From an uncultured Acidobacteriota bacterium (GTDB lineage: Bacteria > Acidobacteriota > Thermoanaerobaculia > UBA5066): a DNA stretch of 64,000 nt. The position numbers and the translations under genes were made by a program. Positions within the stretch are counted from its first letter, which is position 1; every line of letters begins with the position of its first letter. The notes below the pieces were generated by a model. It did not search any database, was not told the origin of the DNA, and was given only the letters and a program-made list of their open reading frames with translations. Shown piece by piece: positions 35,664 through 46,600 of the stretch. Location: assembly GCA_963779415.1 (NCBI GenBank), contig CAVZYA010000001.1, positions 896,001-960,000 of the forward strand, given 5' to 3'.

Positions 35664-38375
35664 TCACCGCGACGCTTCGGGAGCCCACCCGAGGACGACG
35701 GTGAGAGGCTGCTCGCTGGCGACGACCTCCGGGACGATGGCGAGAAAGCGCTTCCCGTCCGGCAGGACGTCGAATGCGGTCCAGCCCGCCTTTCCGGAGA
35801 TCGGGAAGAGGACGGTGGGAGTCCCGAGCCAGAGCGAAGGCGTCGTCCGGACCGGGACGGAGACCAGCTTCCTGTCCGGCGACACGTAGAACAGCTCACG
35901 TCCGTCCCGGCTCCACCGGATGATGCGCGCTCCCTCCGACGAGACGCGGGTTCTCTCGCCCGGCCCCGGATAGGGCATGACGTAGGCCTCGGGCCGGCCC
36001 GATTCGTCCGAGATGAACGAGAGAAAGCGGCCGTCGGGCGAGAAACGGACATCGTCCTTGCTGAACCGGGATTTCAGCAGCACGGCCGGCTTTTCCCGGC
36101 CTGAAAGAGAGAGCGTCCAGATGTCGAAGGGAGTGGTCGCCGTCCGCTCGACGTAGACGAGAGTCTTCCCCTCGGGCGAGATGTCCTCCGCAATCTGGAA
36201 GGTCCCGAGGCCGGGGGCGAGAGGCTCTTCGCGGCCGGTCGCCAGATCCGCGCGATAGAGCTGGGGCTGGGCGTCACGGGTCGCGGAATAGATGATGCTC
36301 CTCCGGTCGGGAACCTCCAGCCCCGCGATCTCGGTCTCGGGCGACGACGTGATGCGCGATTCAACCCCCCGTTCGAGGTCGAACGACCAGACGTCATAGC
36401 TTCCGATCCCCGGCTGCCTCCGGTCGTAGTAGATCCGGCGCCCGTCCCGCGTCATCCAGAGATCAAGGTAGTCGCCCGGTGATCCGATGGCGCCCGTCTC
36501 GCGCCCCGCGCGGTCGAAGAAGACGAGCCTGCTTACGCTCTCGTGGGACTGATAGGCCAGCGCGCCGGAGAGCGAGACGGAGAATGACGCGTGGCCGTTC
36601 GTCTCGAAGTAGCTCACATGCTCCGCGATCGAGATGGCCTCGCCGGAGAGCCGTCCGCTTCGCCAATCGAACCGTTGCGCGAGGAGCGCGCCATCGCGGG
36701 CGAAGAAGAGAAAGCCCGGCTCGGCGTACTGGACGATGGAGGAGACGGAGAGGAGCGCCCGAGGAGGTTTCCCCGGCTCCGACAGCATCACGCGTGCGCT
36801 CTTGTCCCGAAGCCGGACACAATATAGGAACCGTTTTCCGTCCGGGAGATACCAGGGCCAGTTCAAGCGGATCTCTCCTCGCGACGCATCCGCCTCGATG
36901 ACGTTGGCGGGCGTTCCCCCCGCCGCCGGTACCCGGGAGATCGCCACCCCCTGGATGTTCGTGATCAGGATGTCGCCCAGGGCGCCCCAGGTTCCGGACT
37001 TCCCGGCGCCGACCGGAATGTCGCAGATCGTGACAGGGGCTCCGCCTCCGAGGTCGATCCGTTTCAGCTTGTCCGGCGTGAAAAAGCCGAGGGATCGGCC
37101 GTCCGGAGACCAGAAGAGCGAGGACGCGCCCTCGGTTCCAGAGATCGGGCGCGGCTCGAGCACCGACAGGTCGCGGACCCAGATCGCGCGTCCCCCTCCG
37201 GACTCCGTCGCCCCCGTCACGCCGGGACCGCTGCGTGGCGTTCCTGTCGCCACGAAGGCGATCTGCGACCCGTCGGGCGAGACGGCGAGCTCCGTCGTCT
37301 CGACGGTGGAGAGGAAGGCCGTGCCTCTCGGAGGCGGAACAGCGAACCGGACGAGGCGCAGTGGCGGCGTTTTCGGACTTTGTGACCGGACGAGCGCGAC
37401 TCCGACCAGGACGACCGCTGCGGCCGCGATGATCCAGGGGAGAACGCGAAAAGCTGCACGGCGGGTCGGGACTTGCTTCGGCCCTGAGGCGGGCGCGTCG
37501 CCTTTCGCCCCGGAGGCCTCGTTCTCGATCCACGACAGCTCGCGCCCCAGATCCGCGGCGCTCTGCCAGCGGTCGTCGGGGCTCTTGGCGAGGCAGGTCC
37601 GGACCGTCCGATCGAAGGCGGGCGGAGACAGCGCCCTGAGCGTCGAGACGGCGGGCGGCTCCGAGGTGAGGATCGCGGTGATGAGCGCCGTCGAGGTGTC
37701 GCCGGAGAACGGTCGCTTTCCGGTGGCCATCTCGAAGAGGACCGTCCCGAGCGCGAAGAGATCGGTCCGCGCGTCGGCGGGTTTTCCTTCGAGCTGCTCG
37801 GGCGCCATGTAGGCGAGGGTCCCGACCACCGTTCCCGCTCCCGTCAATGTGGACGCCTCCCGGGTCTGAAGCTGGGACACCTCTCCTGCCTCGACCCGCT
37901 CGCGCAGCTTCGCGAGGCCGAAGTCGAGGAGCTTCACCCCGGACGACGTCAGCATGACGTTCGCCGGCTTCAGGTCCCGGTGAACGATCTCCTTCCGGTG
38001 CGCGGCGGCGAGCGCGGCACAGATATCCCGCCCGATGCGGAGAATCTGCGAGAGCCCAAGCGGCCCCTTCGCCAGGCGGTCCGCCAGAGACTCCCCTTCG
38101 AGCAGCTCCATCACGAGGAAACCGGTCCCCTCGTGCGAGCCGACGTCGAAGATCGCGCAGATGTTCGGGTGCGAGATCCGGGCGATCGTCCGTGCCTCGC
38201 GCTCGAAGCGCTCGCGCGCCTCCGCGTCCGCCGCGAACCTCGCGGGCAGCACCTTGACGGCCACCTCGCGCCCGAGCCGCGAATCCTTAGCCCGGTAGAC
38301 CTCCCCCATCCCGCCCGCTCCGAGGAGCGAGAGGATTTCGTAAGGGCCTAGCCTCATACCGGGGGCGACGGTCAT
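35664..38375 (-). CDS. Ser/Thr protein kinase - TM - TolB/PD40-like beta-propeller (K1)
   Basis: LGAGGMGEVY, VAVK, HRDLKPAN, DFGLAK, YMAPE; TM helix; many SPDG repeats. Confidence 0.93.
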   Translation of the reverse strand: MTVAPGMRLGPYEILSLLGAGGMGEVYRAKDSRLGREVAVKVLPARFAADAEARERFEREARTIARISHPNICAIFDVGSHEGTGFLVMELLEGESLADRLAKGPLGLSQILRIGRDICAALAAAHRKEIVHRDLKPANVMLTSSGVKLLDFGLAKLRERVEAGEVSQLQTREASTLTGAGTVVGTLAYMAPEQLEGKPADARTDLFALGTVLFEMATGKRPFSGDTSTALITAILTSEPPAVSTLRALSPPAFDRTVRTCLAKSPDDRWQSAADLGRELSWIENEASGAKGDAPASGPKQVPTRRAAFRVLPWIIAAAAVVLVGVALVRSQSPKTPPLRLVRFAVPPPRGTAFLSTVETTELAVSPDGSQIAFVATGTPRSGPGVTGATESGGGRAIWVRDLSVLEPRPISGTEGASSLFWSPDGRSLGFFTPDKLKRIDLGGGAPVTICDIPVGAGKSGTWGALGDILITNIQGVAISRVPAAGGTPANVIEADASRGEIRLNWPWYLPDGKRFLYCVRLRDKSARVMLSEPGKPPRALLSVSSIVQYAEPGFLFFARDGALLAQRFDWRSGRLSGEAISIAEHVSYFETNGHASFSVSLSGALAYQSHESVSRLVFFDRAGRETGAIGSPGDYLDLWMTRDGRRIYYDRRQPGIGSYDVWSFDLERGVESRITSSPETEIAGLEVPDRRSIIYSATRDAQPQLYRADLATGREEPLAPGLGTFQIAEDISPEGKTLVYVERTATTPFDIWTLSLSGREKPAVLLKSRFSKDDVRFSPDGRFLSFISDESGRPEAYVMPYPGPGERTRVSSEGARIIRWSRDGRELFYVSPDRKLVSVPVRTTPSLWLGTPTVLFPISGKAGWTAFDVLPDGKRFLAIVPEVVASEQPLTVVLGWAPEASR

Positions 38376-41065
38376 CGGGCATTCCCATTCCGGCGTTCAA
38401 GTCCCGGGACTCCTTCGGCGATCATCAGGCTGAAAACACGCTCGGACTCGGAGAGCACCAGGCGTTTCCCGTCGGGAGAGAGACCGAGGGATTCGGTGAT
38501 CCAATCGGGATCGAAGCCTGCGAAGGGACGTCGCGTCGGCGCGGTGTCCTTTCCCGGAATGAAGTCCTGGATGAAGACGCCATCCAGACCCTTCTCGTCC
38601 TGCCCGGTGAAGATGATGTGCTTGCCGTCCGGAGTCCATCGCGCGCGACCGGGGAAGACCGAGGTCTTGCGCCGCGGTTCAGGAAAGACGGCGAAGGTCA
38701 TGTCCATTCCGTCCTCGGTCCGGATGACGTGGAGGACGGAGGTCGTCCGGACCGTGATCAGGTACGTGGACCAGACACCGTCGGGCGAAACCTCCGGAAT
38801 CTGCACGGCGCCCGGCGCCAACAACTCGGCACCGCTGCCGTCCGGATGGATCTTCCAGAGGCCGGGGTGCCTGCGGTTTGCGCAGGAATAGACGATCCAC
38901 CTTCCATCCCGGGTCTGGGTCGGGTTCTGGGCATCTTCGCCGTCATGGGTGACCTGGTGCGCACCCGAACCGTCGGGGTTCGAGGCCCAGATCTCCAAGT
39001 TTCCGCTCCGGTTCGAACTCCAGAGCAGGGTACGGCCATCCGGAGAAAAGGCAGGATCCCAGTCGTCCGCCGGGTCGTCCGTGAGGCTCCGCACCACGCC
39101 CGTGCGGGTGGAGATTTCCCACAGATCGAGGTTTCCCGAACGGTTGGAGGAGAAGACCACCCATTCGCCCCCCGGGGCGAAAACCGGCTGACGATCGTTG
39201 ATGGTGCCGTGGGTGATCCAGCGCGGCGGACGGTGTCCGTCCAGGGCGTATTCCCGGAGGTTCTGGCGCCCGCTCATGCTGTCGAAGACGACCCGCCCGT
39301 CCGGGAGGAGGTCGAGCGTCGTGCCGCTGTTGCCCACCCAGAAGAGGGGATGATGGCCGCGCGTGTGGATGTCTTCACGGAACGCCCGGGCGGCGCTCAC
39401 GGCCGTACCGCCCCCGGTAATCGATTCGGACTGGAGATAGACGATCTCGTTGGAGGAGAGCCAGGCGGCGGAGGAGAGCATGCCGGAGGGCTCGAGCCGG
39501 ATTTCCCGGAAGCTTCCGTCCTTCACATCCACGAGAATGAGCTTGCGGAAGACACCGGACGTGATGACGGGCGGAGTGTTCAGGATGATGTGCCGGCCAT
39601 CCGGACTCCACCTCGGAAATCCGACAAGTTCTCCCTCGAAGCGGGTGAGTTCCCGTTCCACGCCACCCGCCGGATCGATGAGATAGAGGTCCGAGAGAAT
39701 CTTCTCCTGCTGGTGGCGGAGACGGACGAAAGCGATCTGCTTCCCGTCCGGGGACCAGTCACCCTGCTCGGCATCCTCCACCACCTTGTGGGGGTCGTTT
39801 CCCAGGAGGGTGATGCGATGAAGGGAGGACCTTCCACCCTGGGAATGGATGAACAGAACGGAGGCGCCATCGGGGGAGAAGCGTGGGAAGTCATCGGGTC
39901 CGGTGGTGATTGCCACCTCGCCTCCGCCCTTGAGCTGCTTGAGCCAGATACGCGGCTGTCCGTCCCGGTCCGACGTGAAGGCGAGAGTCTTCCCGTCGGG
40001 ACTAGCGGCAGGGGATGTGTCGTGGCCGCTGTACGTCACGAGCCGGATCGCCACCGCGGAGGTTTGCTCGGGAGCCTTGCGGAGAGTCCATACCAGCCCC
40101 ACGGAAAGCAGGAGGATGACGCCCGCGGCACGGATCAGCAGGGAATTGGGTTTCCACCTGGAAGGAGCTTCTTGTTGGGGTTCTCCCGGCCCCGACTCCC
40201 CACGAGTTGATTCGAGGGCGAAGACAAGGTCCCTCGTCGACTGAAACCGCTCCCCCGGTTTCTTCTCCAGGGAGTGCTGCACGATGCGCGAGAGCGCGGG
40301 TGACGGTCCGGAGACGCTGGCCGTGATCCCCGGCGGTTCTTCCTTCAGAATCGCCGACATCGTGTCGGCGGCCGTCTCCCGCTTGAACGCTTTCTTCCCC
40401 GAGAGCAGCTCGTAGAGAATCGCCCCGAACGAGAAGATGTCCGAGCGGTGGTCGACGGGCAGGCCGCGCACCTGCTCGGGGGACATGTAGCCCACCGTCC
40501 CCATGACGACGCCGGGTTCCGTCTGCTTCGATTCGGTCGGCGCGCTCGTTTCCTCGGTGTTGTCCCGCTCGGTCCTCTTGGCGAGGCCGAAATCGAGGAT
40601 CTTCAGGTGGCCGTCGTTCGTGACGATGACGTTCTCGGGCTTCAGGTCCCTGTGCACGATCCCCTTCTCGTGCGCGGCGGAGAGACCTCTGGCGATCTGG
40701 AGGGCGTAGTCCACGGTCTGCTTCGGCGGGATCGGCCCCGAATCGAGCCTGTCGCGAAGCGTCGTCCCTTCGAGGAGCTCCATCACGAGAAGGTGGCGGG
40801 CCGAGGCGGGTGAGGGACCGGGGATTTCTTCGAATGAATGGATGGAGGCGATGTTCGGATGGGACAGCGCGGCGAGTAGCTTCGCCTCGCGCTCGAAACG
40901 CGCCGCCATATCCCTGTCTTCAAAGAATTCTTCAGGCAGGACTTTCAGCGCCACCGTCCGCTCGAGGCGTGTGTCCTTCGCCCGGTAGACCTCCCCCATC
41001 CCGCCCGCTCCGAGCTGCCCGACGATCTCGTACGAACCGAGCTTTTCGCCCGTCTTCAGAGCCAT
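38372..41065 (-). CDS. Ser/Thr protein kinase - TM - TolB/PD40-like beta-propeller (K2)
   Basis: HRDLKPEN, DFGLAK, YMSPE; TM helix; PD40 repeats (FSSNRSGNLDLW); ATGA-coupled to K1. Confidence 0.93.
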   Translation of the reverse strand: MALKTGEKLGSYEIVGQLGAGGMGEVYRAKDTRLERTVALKVLPEEFFEDRDMAARFEREAKLLAALSHPNIASIHSFEEIPGPSPASARHLLVMELLEGTTLRDRLDSGPIPPKQTVDYALQIARGLSAAHEKGIVHRDLKPENVIVTNDGHLKILDFGLAKRTERDNTEETSAPTESKQTEPGVVMGTVGYMSPEQVRGLPVDHRSDIFSFGAILYELLSGKKAFKRETAADTMSAILKEEPPGITASVSGPSPALSRIVQHSLEKKPGERFQSTRDLVFALESTRGESGPGEPQQEAPSRWKPNSLLIRAAGVILLLSVGLVWTLRKAPEQTSAVAIRLVTYSGHDTSPAASPDGKTLAFTSDRDGQPRIWLKQLKGGGEVAITTGPDDFPRFSPDGASVLFIHSQGGRSSLHRITLLGNDPHKVVEDAEQGDWSPDGKQIAFVRLRHQQEKILSDLYLIDPAGGVERELTRFEGELVGFPRWSPDGRHIILNTPPVITSGVFRKLILVDVKDGSFREIRLEPSGMLSSAAWLSSNEIVYLQSESITGGGTAVSAARAFREDIHTRGHHPLFWVGNSGTTLDLLPDGRVVFDSMSGRQNLREYALDGHRPPRWITHGTINDRQPVFAPGGEWVVFSSNRSGNLDLWEISTRTGVVRSLTDDPADDWDPAFSPDGRTLLWSSNRSGNLEIWASNPDGSGAHQVTHDGEDAQNPTQTRDGRWIVYSCANRRHPGLWKIHPDGSGAELLAPGAVQIPEVSPDGVWSTYLITVRTTSVLHVIRTEDGMDMTFAVFPEPRRKTSVFPGRARWTPDGKHIIFTGQDEKGLDGVFIQDFIPGKDTAPTRRPFAGFDPDWITESLGLSPDGKRLVLSESERVFSLMIAEGVPGLERRNGNAR

Positions 41066-41067
41066 CT

Positions 41068-41086
41068 ATTGATACAGGGTATCAAT
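41068..41086. promoter_or_regulatory. Perfect AT-rich palindrome ATTGATAC-AGG-GTATCAAT next to the K2 start (putative operator)
   Basis: 8-3-8 inverted repeat 2 nt upstream of ATG 41065, overlapping a possible extended -10 TGaTACCCT. Confidence 0.55.
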
Positions 41087-41295
41087 TCGGCGGGCCGACG
41101 ACCGCCTGATAGACGAGGACGCGGAACTTGTCCTGGAGGTCGAGCCCTCCCGCCGGGAGGAGCCGGGCGTAATCGGAGGCCGTCGAGAAACCGTAGACCC
41201 ACTTCTCCCCGGGCTGCGCGTCGAACGGGAGAGCGTAGCGGCGGCGCCAGAAGGAGGGCGGCGAAAAAGAGCGCCGTCCGTCCCCTCGTTCCCAT
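41082..41295 (-). pseudogene. Collapsed serine hydrolase (beta-lactamase class C/esterase-like) remnant
   Basis: Signal MGTRGRTALFFAALLLAP, then in another frame ALPFDAQPGEKWVYGFST|ASDYAR|LLPAGGLDLQDKFRVLVYQAVVGPPN*. Confidence 0.62.
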
Positions 41296-42195
41296 CTACT
41301 TCAGGTTCTCCCGGAGGAAGGCGAGCGTCGCCGCCCACGCCTTCTCGGAGGCTTTCATGTTGGCGCCGTCGCGCCCCGTCTGCTGCCGGAGAAAGCCGTG
41401 CCCGGCTCCTTCGAAGACCATCGGCGTGTAGCGCTTCCCGAGCTTCTTCATCTCCGCCTCGGCCTGCGGGATCGTCGCGTCGACCCGCGCGTCGTCGCCT
41501 CCGTAGAGGCCGAGAACCGGGGCCGCGATCTTTGCGTAGGCCGCCGGATCGGACGGCGAGGTGCCGTAGTAGACGACCGCGGCGTCGAGCTTCGGCTGCG
41601 CGACGGCGTAGGCGAAGCTGGAGGTTCCGCCCCAGCAGAAGCCCACCGTGCCGGACTTTCCGCTCGCGGCCGGCAGCTTCAGGGCGTAGTCACGCACCGC
41701 GTCGAGCCGCACCGCGACCATCTCGGGAGTCAGATTGCGGATCGTCTTCGTGACGTCGGCGCCGAGGGCATCGGTCCCGCCGCCATTCGGTCCCATTCCG
41801 GAGAGAAGGTCGGGCGCGAGAGCGATGAAGCCCTCCTTCGCGAGCTGGTCCGTCACGCCCCTCACCCAGTCCGTCAGGCCGAAGATCTCGTGAATGACGA
41901 GGACGACTCCCGCCTTCCCCTTCTTCTCCGGGTAGACGACCCACGTCAGGAGCTTTCCGCCATCGGGGAGCTTGATGTCCACCCATTCCCCGTGGCGCGG
42001 AGATTTCGCGAGCGCTCCCTTCGCCTGGTCGGCGTCCGGAGGCAGCGCCTCGTTTCGCGGCGCGGCCGTTGCCGTCGCGGGCGCCGCCGGCTCTCCCATC
42101 GTGTGTCCGGCGTGAGCGTCGTCCTGGGCCGACGCGGAGAGAGCGAAGGCGCCGGCCGCGAGCGCCCCTCCAAGTACCCATGAAGCCTTCTTCAT
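41296..42195 (-). CDS. Secreted dienelactone hydrolase family protein
   Basis: Signal peptide; IHEIFG, GFCWGG, DARV, GAGHGF. Confidence 0.92.
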   Translation of the reverse strand: MKKASWVLGGALAAGAFALSASAQDDAHAGHTMGEPAAPATATAAPRNEALPPDADQAKGALAKSPRHGEWVDIKLPDGGKLLTWVVYPEKKGKAGVVLVIHEIFGLTDWVRGVTDQLAKEGFIALAPDLLSGMGPNGGGTDALGADVTKTIRNLTPEMVAVRLDAVRDYALKLPAASGKSGTVGFCWGGTSSFAYAVAQPKLDAAVVYYGTSPSDPAAYAKIAAPVLGLYGGDDARVDATIPQAEAEMKKLGKRYTPMVFEGAGHGFLRQQTGRDGANMKASEKAWAATLAFLRENLK

Positions 42196-42311
42196 CGATT
42201 TTTCCCCCTCATCTCGCGGCTCACCTTATCGCAGCCGCCCGTCTCCTGGTTAATGGGCCTCATTGCCTTCCCCGGATCCGGGTTGCATAGGGTGTTCAGG
42301 AGGTCTCCGCC

Positions 42312-43574
42312 ATGCATCCAGGGAAGCATCTCCTGCGCCTGTCGCTGGTCGCACTCCTCGCGTTCCCGGCCGAAGGCCTCGCCCAAGACCTCCTCGGCAA
42401 CTCGTTCTTCGACACGAACCTCGAAAGCTGGACCAGCTTCGGACCCAGCGGCTCCTACGCCAACGCGTGGGACCCGCTCGACTCCGCGGGCTCGCCGACA
42501 TCTGGCTCGGCTCTCCTGACGAACAGCGCCCCGGACCCCACGAGGTCGAGCGGACTGTTCCAGTGCGTCCCGGTCGAGCCGGGCACGTCATACGTCGCCG
42601 CGATGAAGGTCCGCGTGCCAGGCACGGTCACCGCGACCGGTTACCCCGCCCTTCAGGTCAACTGGTACACGGGGGTGACCTGCAGCGGAACGATCACCCC
42701 GACCAGCGCGCAGTTCCATCCCTCCGCCGACACCTGGACGGCGGTGGCGACGGCCCCGCTCACGTCGCCCGCGAACGCGGCATCGGCGTACGTGATGCCT
42801 TACATCTTCAAGAGCAGCGCCGGAGGCGTCTTCACGGCCTGGGTCGACGACGTCACCCTGATGCCGAACAGCGTGACGCTGACCATCCCGGCATCGGCCT
42901 CGATCCACGGGGTACCCCCCACCTTCTTCCATACGGACCTTTGGATCGTGAACAATTCCTTCCAGAACTTGGCGACGGTCACATTCCGCCACAGATGCTT
43001 CGCCACACAGTCGTGCGGCGGGGGGACATCGGCCGTTGGCATCCCGGCCGGCGGCACGGGGTATTTCCGGGACGTCATCGGGGCCACCTTCGGGGATCCG
43101 GAGACATCCGGCGCCATCGAGATCGCCTACGACCCATCGGTGGCGGGGATCACCGCCGGCTCCCGGACATACACGCCGGAAGAGACCCCCACGAACGGCG
43201 CGGGGATCCCGGCTCTCCTGCGACGCGAGGCGAAGACGCGCGGCGTCTTCTGGGGACTCTCGGCGAACGCCGGCAGCCAGAACGGCGGGTTCCGATCCAA
43301 CGCGGGCGCGTACAACCCGAATGACAGTTCCGTGGACGTGACGTTTACGATGTACGACACTAACGGCAGCATCGCCGGTAGCCCGTGGATGAGGACGCTC
43401 GGGCCCCACGAGCCGTACCAGGCGGACATCTTCAAGGTCACGGGGAACGGCTCGGTCGCGACGGTGAGCTACTCCCTCCGGATGACGGCGACCGCTCCGG
43501 TTTTCGGCTACGTCACGGTCGTCGACAACCTCTCCGGCGACCAGATCTTCATCAACGCCGCAGACGACCGGTAG
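42312..43574 (+). CDS. Secreted protein: CBM-like beta-sandwich plus the same C-terminal domain as the 13.4-kb peptidase
   Basis: SD AGGAGG; signal peptide; LLGNSFFD..WVDDV; IPASASIHG..FHTDLWIVN..RSNAGAYN..VVDNLSGD. Confidence 0.75.
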   Translation: MHPGKHLLRLSLVALLAFPAEGLAQDLLGNSFFDTNLESWTSFGPSGSYANAWDPLDSAGSPTSGSALLTNSAPDPTRSSGLFQCVPVEPGTSYVAAMKVRVPGTVTATGYPALQVNWYTGVTCSGTITPTSAQFHPSADTWTAVATAPLTSPANAASAYVMPYIFKSSAGGVFTAWVDDVTLMPNSVTLTIPASASIHGVPPTFFHTDLWIVNNSFQNLATVTFRHRCFATQSCGGGTSAVGIPAGGTGYFRDVIGATFGDPETSGAIEIAYDPSVAGITAGSRTYTPEETPTNGAGIPALLRREAKTRGVFWGLSANAGSQNGGFRSNAGAYNPNDSSVDVTFTMYDTNGSIAGSPWMRTLGPHEPYQADIFKVTGNGSVATVSYSLRMTATAPVFGYVTVVDNLSGDQIFINAADDR

Positions 43575-43647
43575 GAGACGGGCCTCCCCGGAAGAGGCAT
43601 GATCCCCGCGCCCGGCTCGCCACGAAGCGGACGGGCGGAGGACGACG

Positions 43648-46600
43648 TTGCGCCAACTCTTCCGAATCGCCGGCCTCGCTCTTTTCGGAACCTGCGCCTT
43701 CGCGGCTGCCGTCGAAAGCTACCCGCCCGACCTCTTCCGGGAGATGCACTGGCGGATGATCGGCCCGTTTCGCGGAGGGCGAACGGTCGGCGCGGCGGGT
43801 GTCCCCGGCCACCGCGGCGTCTTCTACGTCGGCGTGAACAACGGCGGGGTCTGGAAGACGAACGACTACGGCCTCACCTGGACCCCGATCTTCGACGGCC
43901 AGCCGACGCAGTCGGTCGGCACGCTGGCCGTCGCCCCCTCGGACCCGAATGTCCTCTATGTCGGGAGCGGCGAAGGACTGCAGCGCCCGGACCTCTCCGT
44001 GGGGGACGGGATCTACCGGTCGACGGACGGCGGGAAGAGCTGGAAGCACGGCGCTCTTCGCGACGGGGAGCAGATCCCGGCGATCCTCGTCGACCCGCGC
44101 GACCCGAAGACGCTCCTCGTCGCCGTCCTCGGCCATCCTTACGGACCGAGCGAGGAGCGGGGCGTCTTCCGCTCGACGAACGGCGGGGAGAGCTTCCGGA
44201 AGGTTCTCTACAGGAACGAGAACACCGGGGCGGTTGCCCTCGCCGCCGATCCGAAGAACCCCGAGGTCGTCTACGCGGCCCTCTGGGAGGCGAGGCAGGG
44301 ACCGTGGGAGAACGGCGATTTCCGCGGGCCCGGGAGCGGCCTCTACAAGTCGGCCGACGGAGGGAAGAGCTGGAAGCCCCTCGGGAACGGGCTGCCGACC
44401 TTCGCGGAGGGACTCGGGCGGATCGGGCTCGCGGTGGCCCCGAGCGACCCGAGAAGGCTCTACGCCGTCGTCGAGGCGGCTCCCGCTCACGGAGGCCTCT
44501 TCCGGTCGGACGACCGAGGCGAGAGCTGGCGGCGCGTCAATACGGAGATGCGTGTCTGGGGGCGCGCCGACGACTTCGCGGAAGTGAAGGTCGACCCGAA
44601 GAACGCCGACGTCGTCTGGCTGGCCAACACCTCGACGTACCGCTCGACGGACGGTGGGAAGAGCTTCATCGCCGTGAAGGGGGCTCCGGGGGGCGACGAC
44701 TACCACACGATCTGGATCGACCCCGACGACCCGAAGACGATCCTCCTCGCGAGCGACCAGGGGGCGACGCTGACCGTGAACGGCGGCGAGAGCTGGAGCA
44801 GCTGGTACAACCAGCCGACCGCGCAGCTCTACCACGTCTCGACGGACAGCCGCTTCCCCTACTGGGTCTACGGCGGGCAGCAGGAGAGCGGCTCGGTCGG
44901 AATCGCGAGCCGCGGCGACTACGGCACCATCACCCTCAGGGACTGGTATCCCGTCGGCGCCGACGAGTACGCCTACGTGGCCCCCGACCCGCTGAACCCC
45001 GACGTCGTGTACGGGGGGAAGGTCTCGCGCTTCTCCCATTCGACGAAGGACGTGCAGGACGTCAGCCCCGAAGCGGTCCGCTCCGGAAAGTACCGTTTCC
45101 TTCGCACCGAACCGGTCGTCTTCTCCCCCGCCGATCCTCACGTTCTCTTCTTCGCCGGGAACGTCCTCTTCAGGACGACGACCGGCGGGAAGAGCTGGGA
45201 CGTCATCTCTCCCGACCTTTCGCGCGAGGCCCCCGAGGTCCCACCGAGCGTCGGCGTCTACCAAAAGCCCGAGGTCGAGAAGTCGCTGAAGGAGCACCGC
45301 CGGGGCGTCATCTACGCCGTGGCTCCGTCGCCCCTCGACGTGAACCTGATCTGGGCGGGGACCGACGACGGGCTCATTCACGTCACGAAGGACGGCGGGA
45401 AGAGCTGGTCGAATGTCACGCCGCCGGCCCTCACTTCGTGGAGCAAGGTCTCGATGCTGGAAGCCTCGCGCTTCGACGCCGGGACGGCGTATGCCGCGAT
45501 CAACCGGATCCGAATCGACGACCTCAAGCCGCACGTCCTCCGGACGCGCGACTTCGGGGCGACCTGGACCGAAATCGTTGCCGGGCTTCCAGAGAACGCT
45601 CCCGTCAACGCCGTCCGCGAGGACCCGGTCCGGAGAGGGCTCCTCTACGCCGCCACCGAGCGGGGTGTCGGCGTCTCCTTCGACGACGGCGAGAGCTGGC
45701 AATCGCTCCAGCTCAATCTCCCCGCCACTTCGGTTCGGGACCTCGTCGTCCACGAGGACGACCTCGTCGTCGGGACGCACGGGCGCTCCTTCTGGATCCT
45801 CGACGACGTGACCCCGCTCCGGCAGCTCGCGGCCGGGACTCTGAATTCGCCCGCCCACCTCTTCGCGCCACAGCTCGCCACGCGCGTCCGCAGAAGCCGG
45901 TACACCGACACTCCGATGCCGCCGGAAGAGCCCGCCGGCGAGAATCCTCCCGACGGCGCCATCATCAACTACTACCTGAAGTCTCAGCCGGCGAGTCCCG
46001 TGACCCTGGAGATCCTCGACGCAAACGGCGCTGTCGTTCGCCGGTACTCCAGCACCGACCTCCCCGAGCCGATCGATCCCGCCCTCAACGTCCCGACCTA
46101 CTGGGTCCGTCCGCCGCGAATCCTCGCGAGCGGGCCCGGCCTCCACCGCTTCGTCTGGGACTTCCGATATCCCGACCCCCCGGCGTCCGAGCACGACTAT
46201 CCGATTTCGGCCGTCTACCGCGACACCCCGCGCGTCCCGCAGGGGGTTCTCGCCCTGCCGGGCCCTTACACGGTGAAGCTGACCGTCGACGGGAAAAGCA
46301 CCACGCAGCCGCTCGAGATTCGGATGGATCCCCGCGTCCCGACGCCGCCCGAAGGGCTCGCCGAGCAGTTCGCCCTCGCCATGAGGATCAGCGCCGCGCT
46401 CGAGAAGAACGACCGGGCCCTGAAAAGCGTCCGGGCTTATCGCGCGAAGCTCAAGGAGCGGATCGCGAAGGCTTCCGATCCCGCGGAGAGGGAGAAGTTC
46501 GAAGCTCTCGACGCGAAAGCCTCCGCGCTCGAAGGCGTCCGCAGCGGGCGCCGCGGCCGCCGCGGGGCGGCCACGGCCGAGATGGACTTCGGCCGGATTG

